This document shows, in pieces, positions 1 through 13,651 of a DNA stretch of 64,000 nucleotides. The stretch covers positions 161,696,001-161,760,000 of the forward strand of contig OZ024743.1 of assembly GCA_964016885.1 (NCBI GenBank), given 5' to 3'. Within the stretch, counting starts at the first letter, position 1. Every line of letters begins with the position of its first letter. This DNA is from Eledone cirrhosa. Lineage: Eukaryota. A model generated the notes under the pieces. The model searched no databases and was not told the origin of the DNA. It saw only the letters and a program-made list of their open reading frames with translations. The position numbers and the translations under genes are program-made.

Positions 1-1121
1 ATTCTCTATTTGTAAGTGACTTGGTTCTAACTGAAATAGCCCATTCTACATAAAAATGTTTTGATTTACATGCTCTTAAATATATGCAATTTAGCATAAA
101 ATAATTTGCACTAGATTTGATGAGCCTCAACTCCTGCAATCAAAGATGGTATTTTTATTATATAAATCAACAGAGAAACTGGCATTGCAGACAGCCATTA
201 CAGACACACATGCACATGTATACACAAACATGTCACAACGAATGCCTTTCACATAGGAGATAGTATAATGACCGACTTAACCTGCTAGAAATAGTAGCCA
301 GACATCATCAAATAGCATAGAGAAATATTACAGTGAATGCCTTTACATAGAAAGCAACATATAATAACTAATTCAACCTGCTAGAAATAACAGCCAGTAT
401 ATGTGTGTGTCTATATTGATCTTTGTGTTTGTGCCTGTGTTTATATCCTGTAATATAATGGTTTGACAAAAAAAGGGATTGCTAAAATAAATACTAAACA
501 TGAAAAAATAAGTACTGGAGTGAACTGATCGACTGCAACCAATGTGGTACTCCTAGCATGAGAGCAGTCTAATGACAGAAACCAGTCAAAGAATAAATGA
601 CAGTCAATGTCGAAATATACTAATATGAAAAATATACCTGCAATTTCTCTGATTGTAATTGTTTTGTTTCTTTGTTTTAAACAAAATATTTTTTAATGTT
701 ATCATTTTACATAGTTTTTCAAAAGTTATTTAAAATATGTTAGTTTCAATTTTTTTTTAATTTTTAATATGAATTGTAAGTATGAAAAATATCCCTGATA
801 CAACTGAGATAGCAAATAGACAGATTTAAACAATTGTTTTCCTATATCTCCCATGAGGATATAAGCCGCCATGATGGCTACCTATCCCACAATTTTCTCT
901 CTCTCTACGAAAGCTGGCTATCCCCTAGCTATTACCTCCCTTCTCTCTTCCATTCATTCTTCATTCATTTCGAGGTTTTCACGAAGTCAGATACACTTGA
1001 TTCTGAAAGGCTAAAATGGATTACTAGAACTCCTAAATCATATTCCAGACATCCATAGATTTCCAGGTATCCCTCTTCCCTAATTGCAAATGCTCCGCTG
1101 ACATTATTATTATTATTGTTG

Positions 1122-2476
1122 CTATTTATATGCAGATGATCTAACGCTCATAGCTGAATCGATGGCTGAACTAGAGAAGAAATTCCAAACATGGAAGCAT
1201 GGCCTAGAATCAAAAGGCCTTAAAGTTAACTTATCTAAGACTAAAGTTCTAGTATGTAGGAAGGAAAATAGGGCAGAGGTCCCCTCTGGGAAATGGCCAT
1301 GCTTAGTGTGTAGGAAAGGAGTAGGCAGAAATTCCATTTTATGTCCCAAATGCAAAGTATGGGTGCATAAAAGATGTAGTGGGATCAGAGGTAAACTATC
1401 TAAGAACGTAGATTTTATATGTGGCCGATGCCCAGGTGCAATAAGTAACAAGTACCCACAGGATACTATCTCCTTCTATTGCCCAGATGGTTCTATAGAA
1501 ATAGTGGACACCTTCCGTTACCTGGGTGACAAAATCAGCAGTGGTAGAGGGTGCTCTGAAAGTACAGTAGCTAGAGTGAGAACGGGATGGAAAAAGTTCA
1601 GAGAGCTTATACCACTATTGGCCACTAAAAGTTTCTCTCTAAAAATGAAAGGCAAACTGTATGATGCCTGCATACAAACAGCAATGTTACATGGCAGTGA
1701 GACATTGGCATTACATGCAGAGGATCTGCGCAGACTGGAAAGGAATGAAGCATGCATGGTCTGTTGGATGGGTAATAGTAATATACGTGAACGGCAAAGC
1801 ACAAATGAACTAAGTGAGAAATTAAGAATAAGAGGGATCAGATGCTGTTTACTCGAGAGAAGACTGTGTTGGTATGGTCACATGATGCACATGAAAGACG
1901 ACAGCTGTATTAAAATGTGCAGGGCGATCAAAATTGATGGAAGTTACGGAGTAGGCAGATCCAGAAAAACCTGGGACGATTTGATAAATTCCGACCTTAC
2001 ACACTTGCACCTCTCTAAGACAATGTCACTGGACCGAGATCTTTGGCACTACGCAGTAATACAGAAGACCCGCCTTGCCTATGTGCAAAGCGAAACCTAC
2101 AGTCAGTAGGCACCTCTTAACTAAATATACACCCCCATCCCACTACCTCTACCCCCCTCGCCATCAACACCACCCCTTTCTCTGTTAAGTTATGTTGTTA
2201 CCACAACATCCAGTCCTAAATAAATGAGGTCGTGTAGGTGTCACGACAAAAGAACACACAGTCCACATTGTAATGTGGTCGTGTAGGTAACACGGTAAAA
2301 ACCTCCCAGTCCACACTGTAAACGTGGTTGGTGTTAGGAAGGGCATCCAGCCGTAGATAACCTGCCAGACAGCCCTATACGAGCGAGACCACCAATCTTG
2401 CCTCAAGTGGGACAATTCCCATCTAAACCCATGCTAGCGTGGAAGATAGACGTTAAACGATGATGATAATGATGAT
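1122..2476 (+). mobile_element. 5'-truncated RTE-clade LINE (subfamily A): RT C-terminal half, 3' UTR and (GAT)n tail
   Basis: Starts at the RT YADD motif (tatgcagatgat). ORF 1162-2109 has the [25 protein letters not shown] Cys/His finger and an RRLCWYGH motif. Ends in a gatgatgataatgatgat tail. Confidence 0.9.
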
Positions 2477-2939
2477 TTATCATTTCGCTGGCCTTCACAA
2501 TGCATATATATTCTTTACCCTTGTTTTTCCCACGTTGGCTGTTATGACTGTCTCTCTCTCTATGAAAGTCATCTATCCCCTTACCTCCCATCCTCTTTCG
2601 TTTCGAGGTTTACGAAGGTGGATGAACATCTTCGAAATCCTAACATATTCACCTTGTCTAATATACGTACTTGTATTGGATTATTTCACCCGAATCTCCT
2701 ATGATGATATATGCGTGATGGCTACCTATCTCACAATTTCCCACCAACCCACACCCTCATAACACCATAGCCTATTCGACCAATCAAACCTCAGCAACAT
2801 GTCCCCCACACATTACCAACCCCAATAAACCCTGCCATTACTACTACTATTACTACTACTTTTTTCTAGCCCTTACCAGCCCCAACAAACCCTGCCATTA
2901 TTACTACTACTGTTCTTCTAGCTCTGAATTCTTTTACCG

Positions 2940-4874
2940 TTATGTATGGATGAGCTGAGGATAAATGGAGCAACCCAAAATTAATAAATGAATATTAATC
3001 CGCGAGTTACCAAACACCCATGCAAAGTTTTAATTCAGAGACAGGAAGCATACACACCCCGCTGCAAAAATTCACCCTTTCCCACTAATGTTGGCAAATG
3101 CCCAAAACTCCGAGTTGGAACCATCAATGTAAGGAATAGCAGGAGAAATCGTAGAGATGCTAGAGCGAAAGGAAATTGATGTATGCTGTGTGCAAGAGAC
3201 TAGATGGAGAGGAGAGTCCGCTAGAGTCCTTGTAGGCAAAAGTCAGTGCTACAAATTTTTCTGGGTGGGAAATGACAATGGGATGGGTGATGTAGGTGTA
3301 CTATTAGCTGACAAATGGGTAGATAAGATAATCTCAGTGAACAGGGTGAATGCAAGAATCATTAAACTCAGACTAGTCCTGAATAAAACAATTGCCACAA
3401 TAATATCAGCTTACGCACCCCAATCGGGGTTGCCAGACAAACTTAAAGATAGGTTTTATGAGTCCCTAATGCACACTACTGCCCTAACAAACGACAATGA
3501 CTTCCTAATCATTGCAGGAGATTTTAACAGACACGTAGGTAAACACCGTGACGGCTTCTATAGAGTTCATGGAGGCCACGGGTTTGGCAAAAGAAATGAA
3601 GAAGGCTTCAGGTTTCTAGAATTCTGTCGCGCCAATGACATATCGATATGTAACACCAACTTCAAAAAACCCGACAACCATCTGATCACCTATAGTCAGA
3701 TAGATTTTATCCTCATCAGAGGATGTGATAGATGGATGGTCGTAAACACAAAAGCCTTCCCTAGTGAGGAATGTACCTCCCAACATAGCTTAGTTGTCAG
3801 CGACCTCACTGTCAGAACTAGATGAACTTGGAAACAGAAGGCAACCTGGAGAAGAAAGATCTGGAAGCTGAAAGACCCCTCAGCCAGTAACAGATTTAAA
3901 GATATTTAACTTGACGCCTATGACAGTAAAGAAGAACAGAGACATTCAATGTAGAAGAGCACTGGGAGTTCCTAAAAAATAACTTACTAAAGGCGACGGA
4001 CGAGATCTGTGGTTGGAGCAAGACCACAGGCAGGAGGAGAGTGATTTGGTGGTAGAACAATAAGGTAGATGAGGCAGTTAAGGCTAAGAGACAGGCATGG
4101 AAAGAATGGAAGAACGGAGGAAGCAGGGTACATTACATCGAGACCAGGAGGGAAGCTAGGCGACAAGTATACTTAGCTAGAAGGGAAGCACAGGATAGAA
4201 AATTCAATTATGTTTTGCAACGTGAGGACCAGAAACAGGAGGTGTTCAAGATTGCGAGGCAGTGTGTCAGAGAGAATTGTGATGTCATTGGAGAGAAGTG
4301 TATCCGGAATGATAAAGGTGAGCTTGCCCTCACAAGTGCTGAGAAGAAAGATGCGTGGAAGAGCCATTATGAAAGATTACTAAAAGAGGAGAAATCATGG
4401 GAAAAAAGAGACCCTACCCCAAATAGACCCTATAGAGGGGCCAGCAGTACAAGTCAGCAGCAGCATAGTAAGTAAGGCAATCAAAGATATGAAGACGGGG
4501 AAGGAAACCGGTCCATCGGGTAGAGCTGCCGAGATGCTGAAGGCAATACTAGAGGGTGTCATACCAAAGGATTGCTGCAGCAGCATCATTGTCAACTGCT
4601 ACAAGGGTAAAGGTAATGCACTAGATAGAGGAAACTATAGAGGTATAAAGCTGATGGACCAGGTCATGAAAGTAACGGTAAGAGTTATAGAACAGTTGAT
4701 TAGGGACCGGGTGAAACTAGATGAGATGCAATTTGAGTTTGTGCCAGGAAAAGGCACCACTGATGCCACTGGCGTCATGCAGTAATACAGAAGACCTGAC
4801 TCCCCACGGGTACAAGCCGAAGCTGAAGCATATAGACAATATGAACGGACGTAAAACAGTGATGATGATGATGA
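2940..4874 (+). mobile_element. Decayed, internally deleted RTE LINE (subfamily B): APE, start of RT, short 3' end with (GAT)n tail
   Basis: ORF 3157-3825 has the APE motifs CVQETRW, SAYAPQ, GDFN and QIDFIL. Fragments 4215-4785 contain GNYRGIKL. The sequence then jumps to the 3' end ggacgtaaaacagtgatgatgatgatga. Homologous to 29798-33237. Confidence 0.88.
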
Positions 4875-5461
4875 CTGCCTACACATTTGTATATATTGAA
4901 GAGTTTTGGCTGTTTTCTGGTTATTACAATCTATGGCTAATAAATAGTTAGCATGTGTCTGTATATCATTTTAAAAAGTATTACATGAAGATAATCTTAA
5001 TCTCCCTCTGACACACACACAGACACACCCTTTTTGTGAAAATGTGTGTGTCCAACTCTTCCCCCCTTTCTCTTTCACATTTCATCTTATTCTCCAACTG
5101 TAACTATTCACCCTCCTTCTTAACTGTGCTTCAGCTGTGATCATGTATCCTTTTTTTTAATGGTACTCTAACAGAACCTATCCACTTTCTTTTTTAATAG
5201 TGCTACAACCATATCTGTCCATCCTCTTTTCAATGGTGTTTTAATCATCACCATCAGTGACCATCCATTGTCTTTCATAGATGTTTTCATCCAGACTTTC
5301 GTTTTAAAGTGTCTCAACCATTACAACCCAGTACAACTGCCATGATTCTCATTAAAAAAAAGGGCTACTAATTTAGTGCTTTATTTCCCAGGCAATGCCG
5401 GGTACCCTTCTATTATAGAGTTCCAGTTAACCAAAAATTGATTATATCCATAAGAAAGATT

Positions 5462-5605
5462 GTGAATTGGCATAATCGTTAGAATGTCAGATCGAATGCT
5501 TTGTGGTATTCATTCCAGCTCTCTACTATCTGAGTTCAAATCCTGCTGAGATTAACTTAACCTTTCATCCTTTCAAGGTCGATAAATAAAGTACCAGTCA
5601 AGAAA
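5462..5605 (+). mobile_element. tRNA-derived SINE with Nin/Deu-type core (decayed)
   Basis: B-box-like gagttcaaatcc followed by cctttcatcctttcaaggtcgataaataaagtaccag. The same core recurs at about 38476, 40393, 41943 and 49285. Confidence 0.65.
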
Positions 5606-7633
5606 TGGGTTTGATTCTTCCTCTATATCTTTCTCGCTTCCTCTTCTTCTCTGGAAGAAATCAGCTATACTCAGGCCTGGAGAGGGATGGGATCCACCAG
5701 GTTTAAAATGCTCAAGAAGTGCTGAAAGAGTATGTCAATGCAGTACCCCTGCAATTCCCTCGAGAGTTAGGGACCATACCACACCATACCATGTCCATAA
5801 TAGCAAGGGGTTTAGTTTGGAGAGTTCAAGATGGAGTCTATAGTATATTGTAAAAAGATACATCTATATTCAAAATCATATAAGTGTTGTTTCTGATATA
5901 ATACAATGAAGCAGAAGTACTATGATTCTCATTTTTTTTAAAAATGGCAAACCTGTGCAATGCCCGTAATAATAAAAATGATGAAAATAATATTATTCAC
6001 AGAAGTATTGTCTTTTTTTCACTACATAATTATTTCTAAAAATATTAGCATTAAATAAATGTTACCACTACCTTAGTTATTGTTTTTATTTATTAGCACC
6101 TATAACAATAACCTTGTTTTTATTGAACAACATTTAGACAATGATAGAAATATTAAAAACAGATAAAAACAAAATTAAGTAATGAAAAAAAGGGGGAAAA
6201 GGTAAAGAAAGGCAGATCTGGCTGTATAGGAAAGTAAAGAAAAGGAATAAATGTGAGGAAAAGGAGGGAAAGAGCAAGGACTATTAGGCAATGGAAGAAA
6301 GAGAGAGGAGAGGTGACAGAGTCTACACCTAGAATAGGGTAGTGTTACAGCTGCGCCCAACGGACAAAATTGCAAAGGTATTTCTGCAGACAAAGGCCAG
6401 TGACATCCACTGCAATGGCCATCCCATGTCAGAGTTAATACTTAGTTTGAACAATGCTAAGTTATGGGTTCAATTCACACTAACAAGTCACTTTTGATGT
6501 TCATCAAATTTAGAAATAACAAAAAAGTGTTCCATGTTCAACCCCAGAATAGTACTTTAAAAAGAATTAAATATCTGCAGGGAGCAAAGTGGAAGGAGCT
6601 AGAGGGTGGAATTAGTTTTAAAGTACAGGAGGAGTGGGAGGAGATAGTGAATGTGAGGAGAGGAAAGATGCAATAGTGAATGATGATGATGATGATGATG
6701 TCAATGACTATTTTAATCAATAGCAGGTAACAATGTCATGCAGTAACACCTGGAGATAATTAATTAGGAGCTAGGAGCTAATTAAACTTTCAGTTTTTTA
6801 TACTGATTAAGTAGAGAGAAAGAGAGGAAAGATTGGTGTAGGGGCAGAAGGACTGATAAACTGTAGGACAGACATGTACCCTGAGTGACAGATATATAGA
6901 CAAAATAAAAAAAACAACAACTAAGGATCAAACAGATAAACATGTGGTTCTCAAGCAGCTGGACAAATTGATAGAGACAGCTGGGGATAAACAGGCACAC
7001 TGATTACTAGACAGACAGGAGACACCTAGAACTCAAGAGCAGACAGATTAATAGAGTAATAAGGTGGATAAAGGTGGTCAGGCCTCCAACTTCTGACCTC
7101 TGCACAATAGGTTTAAGAACATTGCTTGTATAAATAGAAAAAAGGAATGACAGAATAATAAGCATAAACATTTTTTAAAAGAACAGATGAATAAAAAAGA
7201 AATTATTTTTTGTAAACAGAGGGTGTATGTGTGTGTGGGGGGCTTTACTGATTTCCCCTATCCCCTCACTCCCATGTGCAACTATAGACTATCTATTTAC
7301 ATCACAATAGATGTCATATATCTTATGGAAACTTCTTTTGTGGTGGTTGTGTTAGTATTAATAATAGTCAATTGTTGCAGAACAAGAATACTTGAGTGTT
7401 GGAAATAATTTCATTAAGCACACCTGTTTGGTGAGGAGGCTAACTTCAGAACAGTGTGACTACATACAAGAGGGAGAGAGAGACTATATATATATATATA
7501 TATAAATGGAAAAATGAAATTTCATTTCTCACTCTTAGTACGGCTGATACTTAAATATAAGTATGTATACGTACATACATATATGTATACAGACGTACAG
7601 TAGTATGTATATACATATATACATGCACACATA

Positions 7634-8922
7634 CAGGGTGCGGACGATATTTGTTCGCAAGATTACTGTCTATGAAAAAATAACACAGTAGTTTTATTTT
7701 TTTAAAGATATATTTATCAAACTCAAGTCGGTTTGTCTTCATGACTTGTTCTTTCGATCTCACTCGATAAACCCGCCATTGGCTTTGATGACAGCTTCAA
7801 GGCAGCCTCGGAACTGGCTACAGGCTTTCGTCACTGTCCCCCAACTTAGGCCCCTAAAGGCACTTGTGATCCTGGCCTTCAGATCGTCTTTCGTATTGCA
7901 GCTAGATCTGTTGGTGTCTCATTCCACTGCGCCCCACACAAAGAAGTCGAGGGGGTTGCAGTCAGGCGAGCTGGGAGGCCAGATGTCAGGTGAAGTGTGG
8001 TCGACGAAGTTCTCTGACAGCCAGGCTTGGGTCTTTTGGCTGGTATGGCAGGGCGCTGAGTCTTGCTGCCACACGTACGGCCTACCTGCAGCTACCTGGT
8101 CGATCCAGGGCTTTACTACCTCGCTCAGAACGCGGATGTAGCCATCGGTGTTCAGCTTGAGGCCCTCAGGGAAGAAGTGATGTGGCATGACGTCACCTTG
8201 ACTGTTGACAACACCTAAGACCAATGTTGTCGCTGGAAACTTTGTCTGCATGACTCTGGGCACGTCTTTGGATGAGACAGCGAGCCACCTGTTGTTCTGG
8301 GAGTTGATCTTCTGGTCTTGGCAGAAGTTTTTCTCGTCGGAGAAAAACCACAGCATGTCTGGCTCCAGTGGGTGTTTCAACTTGTTGATCAGCTTCTTTG
8401 CGTGCTTCAGTCGTTTTTCTTGCATCGCCTTTGACAGAAATTGTCCTTTCCTCATCTTCTATGAAACGTAGCGAATGTCTTCATGTACCACCAGCCTAAT
8501 GAGCTTTTCATCTACGCCTTTCTCCCTTGCAATGGCACGCATCAACTTGCTAGGTTCATTGTTGATGATATTCTGAACTTCAGCGACGAACTCAAGTGTT
8601 CTGTAGGCGTCAGATCGTCGATCATATGTTTTCCTCTCTGATGTTGCTTCGTAGTCGAATCCTGACCTTTTCCACCATTCTCCTGCTGACGCTGAGAAAG
8701 TCTGAAATTTCCTTATTTGTCCTCCCGGCGCGGATTCCAAGAAGAACTCTGTGTCTCTTCCACAAATTTGGAGGTTCAAAATTATTCATAATCAATTATT
8801 CTGAAAATAAATAATGGAAATATAGTCACTGTTTTTCTGAAGACAAGAGTGACAACGGAAGTAAAAAAAATTTGTATTAAATTAGCAGTTGAAAATTACA
8901 AAATAATATTGTCCACACCCTG
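7634..8922 (-). mobile_element. Tc1/mariner superfamily, DD37D (maT) transposon, inactive
   Basis: TIR cagggtgcggacgatatttgttcgcaa and degenerate right TIR ending gtccacaccctg, with TA on both sides. Transposase has FSDEK, QQDSAPCH and SPDCNPLD with 37 residues between the 2nd and 3rd Asp. Premature stops at 8459 and 7919. Confidence 0.93.
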
Positions 8923-9053
8923 TATATATATGTACGTATAGGTTTACCGAACATTTATTATAATGTTCGGTTTGTTTGTAAACAAACAGCCCGAATTAAG
9001 CCGTACAGTGTTCGGCAACCATTGTTGCCCTTTTGTTCAACACTGACAAAGGA

Positions 9054-9096
9054 ATGATGAACTAGTTTCTAGCTTATTAGCTGTCATCAGCACCGT
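9054..9096 (-). ncRNA. Minimal type I hammerhead ribozyme motif (slightly degenerate)
   Basis: Minus strand reads ACGGTG CTGATGA C AGCT aata AGCT A GAAA CTAG TT CATCAT. Palindromic stem III, GUU triplet. Confidence 0.7.
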
Positions 9097-9550
9097 ATAC
9101 CTTCCTGTCAGTTGATTGAACGTTTGAAAATATATACTTTCCTTATGCATATTAACAGCTGAGCAGCCTAATTTGCCTATTTAAACCCATACGTACATAT
9201 ATATATATATGTGTGTGCATGTATGTAAGTATATACATACTACTGTATGTCTGTATACATATATGTATGTACGTATACATACTTATATTTCAGTATCAGC
9301 CGTACTAAGAGTGAGAAATGAAATTTCATTTTTTCTATTTATCGTTTTTGGTACGCCCGGCCGACTAACTCACTTGATATGCAAATTAGGCTGCTCAGCC
9401 GTTAATATGCATAAGGAAAGTATATACTAAAAAATCTTTCACAACTACATCATGTCCTACACTAACGACAGCCAAATGAATGATATAGCTTTACCAAAAT
9501 CAGCAGTCTTTTTTATTTATCTGGTAAGAAATTTAATATATATATATAGA

Positions 9551-9585
<35 letters not shown>

Positions 9586-9590
<5 letters not shown>

Positions 9591-9887
9591 GGGTGTTGTC
9601 AGTAAAGTGAGAATAGGAATGGAGTTTAGTGAGGAATTCCAGATACAAGTAGGTGTACATCAGGGTTCTGTCCTCAGCCCACTCTTGTTCATTATAGTCC
9701 TCCAAGCCATAACGGAGGAGTTTGAGACTGGATGCCCATGAGAACTTCTCTAAGCTGATGATCTGGTTCTTATAGCAGAATCAGTAAAGGAGCTAGAGAA
9801 TAAATTCTGGCTATAGAAACAGCAGTTGGAATCAAGAGGCCTGAGAGTGAACATAGCTAAAACAAAGGCGTTGATCAGGGAAATGGC
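9586..9887 (+). mobile_element. RTE LINE RT fragment (older subfamily C, with stops)
   Basis: Translates to [25 protein letters not shown]...ADDLVLIAES with in-frame stops. Ends at tcagggaaatggc. Confidence 0.8.
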
Positions 9888-11597
9888 GTACTCCTTTCCT
9901 ACACACTGAGCAAGGCCATTTCCCTGAGGGTACCTGTGCCATATTTTCCTTTCTACAAACTAGGACTTTAGTCTTAGACAAGTTAACTTTAAGGCCTTTT
10001 GATTCTAGGCAATGCTTCCATGTTTGGAATTTCTTTTCTAGTTCAGCCATTGATTCAGCTATGAGTGTTAGATCATCTGCGTATAGGAGTTCCCATGGGC
10101 AGCCGGTCTTGAACTCCTCTGTTATAGCCTAAAGGGCAATAATAAATAGGAGGGGGCTAAGGATAGAGCCTTGGTGAACACCAACTTTTACACTAAATTC
10201 TTCACAATATTCATTGTTAATTCTAACCTTACTGACCGTTTCATTATACATAGCTTGAATAGCTCTCACAAGCCATTCATCTACACCTGGTTTTCTAAGA
10301 GCCCACCAGATAATGGAGCAAAGGGACTCTGTCAAAGGCTTTTTCCAGGTCCACAAAAGCTAAGTAGAGGGAAAGAGCGTCTGTGGTACTTTTACCTGAC
10401 ACAAACCCAAACTGCATTTCATCATCATAATCATCATCGTTTAACGTCCATCTTCCACGCTTGCATGGGTTTAGACGGGAATTTTCCCACTTGAGGCAAG
10501 ATTGGTTGTCTTGCTCATATAGATAGGACTGTCTGGCGGGTTTTCTACGGCTGGATGACCTTCCTAACACCAACCACGTTTACAGTGTGGACTGGGAGGT
10601 TTTTTTCATCTAGATCAATTCGATCTCTGATTAGTTGCGCTATAACTTTTTCTGTGACCGTCATGATCTGGTCAACTAACTTAATGCCTCTATAGTTTCC
10701 TCTATCTAGAGCATCTCCTTTACTCTTTTAGCAGTTAATGATGATGCTGCTATGCCAGTCCTTCGGAACAACCCCATTCTGTACGACTTGGTTAACTATC
10801 CGGGTGACCATGGTGTGTCCCACCATTCCAGATGCCTTCAACATCTCAGCAACTATCTCCGAAGGCCCAGCCGCCTTGCCTGTCTAAATATCTTTGATTG
10901 CCTTACTTATTATACTACCTTTAACTTGCACCGCTGGTCCTTCTATTGGATCGATTTGGGGCAGACTATCTTTTTGCCACTTATTCTCCTCATTTAATAG
11001 TGACACTTCCAGGCTATCTTCTTATCAGCATCAGTGAGGGCAAGTACACCATTATCCTTACAGACACACTTCTCCCCAACAATATCATGGTTTTCCTTGA
11101 CACATTGTCTAGCAATCCTGAACACCTCGCGTTTTTGGTCCTCACGTTGTAGAACATGTTTGAACTTTCTATTCTCTGCTTCCCTTTTTGCAAGGTACAC
11201 TCGTCTCCTAGCTTTTCTCCTGGCCACTTGATAGTGCTCTCTACTTCCCCCATCCTGCCATACTTTCCAAGCCTGCTTTTTGGCCTTGATTGTCTCCTCC
11301 ACCTTACTGTTCCACCACCAAGTTACTCTCCTCCTGCCTATAGGTCTGCTCCAGCTACAGATTTCATCCGTCGCTTTCAGCAGGTTCACTTTCAAGAATT
11401 CCCACTGTTCCTCTATATTGGACGTCTCTAATTGCTCTTCCTTATTGTCAAAGGCATCAAGTAATAAGCTTTTAAATTTGTCACTGGCTATGGGGTCCTT
11501 CAACTTCCATATCCTTCTCGTCAAGGTAGGCCTCCTCTGTCGTCGAGTACATCTGTTTCTGACTGTGAGGTCACTAACTACTACGCTATGTTGGGAA
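9888..11597 (-). mobile_element. RTE LINE internal fragment (subfamily A), APE end to RT
   Basis: ORFs 10994-11647, 10129-10356 and 9832-10050 match 13652-17263. Frameshifts and deletions are present. Confidence 0.88.
10424..10603 (-). mobile_element. Severely 5'-truncated RTE (3' UTR plus tail) nested in another RTE
   Basis: Same 3' end as 1122-2476. Flanked by the direct repeat TTTCATC at 10417-10423 and 10604-10610. Confidence 0.85.
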
Positions 11598-11674
11598 CAT
11601 ACATATATACATATATCACATATATATATATATTTATTTATATACATTTATATATACATATATACAGATATAAT

Positions 11675-12012
11675 GGAGGCACATGGCTTAGTGGTTAGAG
11701 CATTGGCCTTGCAATCGAAAGGTTGTGAGTTCAATTCTCAGACAGCGTGATATGTTGTTTCCTTGAGCAAGACACTTTATTTCACATTGCTCCAGTTTAC
11801 TCAGCTGTAGAAATGAGATGATAGGGACTGGGATCCCTATCATTCCACTGCAAAGTGGTCGTGGAGGTGCCACGGCAAAAAAGCACCCGGCACTCACTGT
11901 AAATGAGGTTGGTGTTAGGAAGGGCATCCAGCTGTAGAAATCAACCCAGAATCAGTTCCCGTCCCACCCTTGCAAGCAGGGAAAAAGCGGACGCAAAATG
12001 AAATGATGATGA
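11675..12012 (+). mobile_element. tRNA-derived SINE with RTE-derived 3' tail
   Basis: A box TGGCTTAGTGG 11684-11694, B box GAGTTCAATTC 11727-11737, and central ccttgagcaagacactt core. The 3' part matches RTE 3' UTRs in this window and ends in (GAT)n. Confidence 0.85.
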
Positions 12013-12019
12013 AATGGTG

Positions 12020-12213
12020 ATATATACATATATACATATATCATATATATATATATATATATATAGCAAGATATATCACATATATATATATACTTATATC
12101 ACACACATATATATATATATACATATATCACACACATATATATATATATACATATATCACACACATATATATATATATACATATATCACACACACATACA
12201 TATATATATATAT

Positions 12214-12246
<33 letters not shown>

Positions 12247-12292
12247 CACACACATATATATATATATATCACACACATATATATATATATAT

Positions 12293-12358
<66 letters not shown>

Positions 12359-12557
12359 CACACACATATATATATATATATATATCACACACACATATAT
12401 ATATATATATATATCACACACATATATATATACATATATCACACATATATATATATATATATATACATATATCACACACATATATATATATACATATATC
12501 ACACACATATATATATATATACATATATCACACACATATATATATATATACATATAT

Positions 12558-12589
<32 letters not shown>

Positions 12590-12621
12590 CATATATCACA
12601 CATATATATATATACATATAT

Positions 12622-12692
<71 letters not shown>

Positions 12693-13651
12693 TCACACAT
12701 ATATATATATATATACATATATCACACATTTATATATATATACATATATCACACATTTATATATATATACATATATCACACATATATATATATATACATA
12801 TATCACACATATATATATATATATACATATATCACACATATATATATATATATACATACATCACACATATATATATATATACATACATACATATATCACA
12901 CATATATATATATATATATATACACATACATATATCACACATATATATATATATATATATCACACACATATATATATATATATACATATATCACACATAT
13001 ATATATATATATATCACACACATATATATATATATACATATATCACACACATATATATATATATACATATATCACATATATATATATATATATACATATA
13101 TCACATATATATATATATATATACATATATCACATATATATATATATATATACATATATCACACATATATATATATATATACATATATCACATATATATA
13201 TATATATATACATATATCACACATATATATATATATATATATATACATATATCACACACATATATATATATATATACATATATCACACATATACATATAT
13301 ATACATACATATATCACACATATATATATATATATATACATACATATATCACACATATATATATATATATATACATACATATATCACACATATATATATA
13401 TATACATACATATATCACACATATATATATATATACATACATATATCACACATATATATATATATACATATATCACACATATATATATATATACATATAT
13501 CACACATATATATATATATACATATATCACACATATATATATATATACATATATCACATATATATATATATATATATACATATATCACATATATATATAT
13601 ATATATATATATCACACATATATATATATATATATCACACATATATATATA
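12020..13651. repeat. Compound (TA)n microsatellite with recurrent TATCACAC interruptions
   Basis: Directly visible. The same signature resumes at 17264-17500 on the other side of the RTE. Confidence 0.97.

Larger units (their letters stand above)
7504..9427. mobile_element. Hammerhead-bearing non-autonomous retroelement (family 2) with inverted arms, interrupted by a maT transposon
   Basis: Minus arm 7504-7633 plus 8923-9176; plus arm 9182-9427. Nearly the same sequence as 45661-46303. Hammerhead at 9054-9096. Confidence 0.8.

Noticed and set aside
11675-11745. tRNA gene
   Set aside because: A and B boxes are present, but there is no proper acceptor stem, and the sequence runs into a SINE core and LINE tail.
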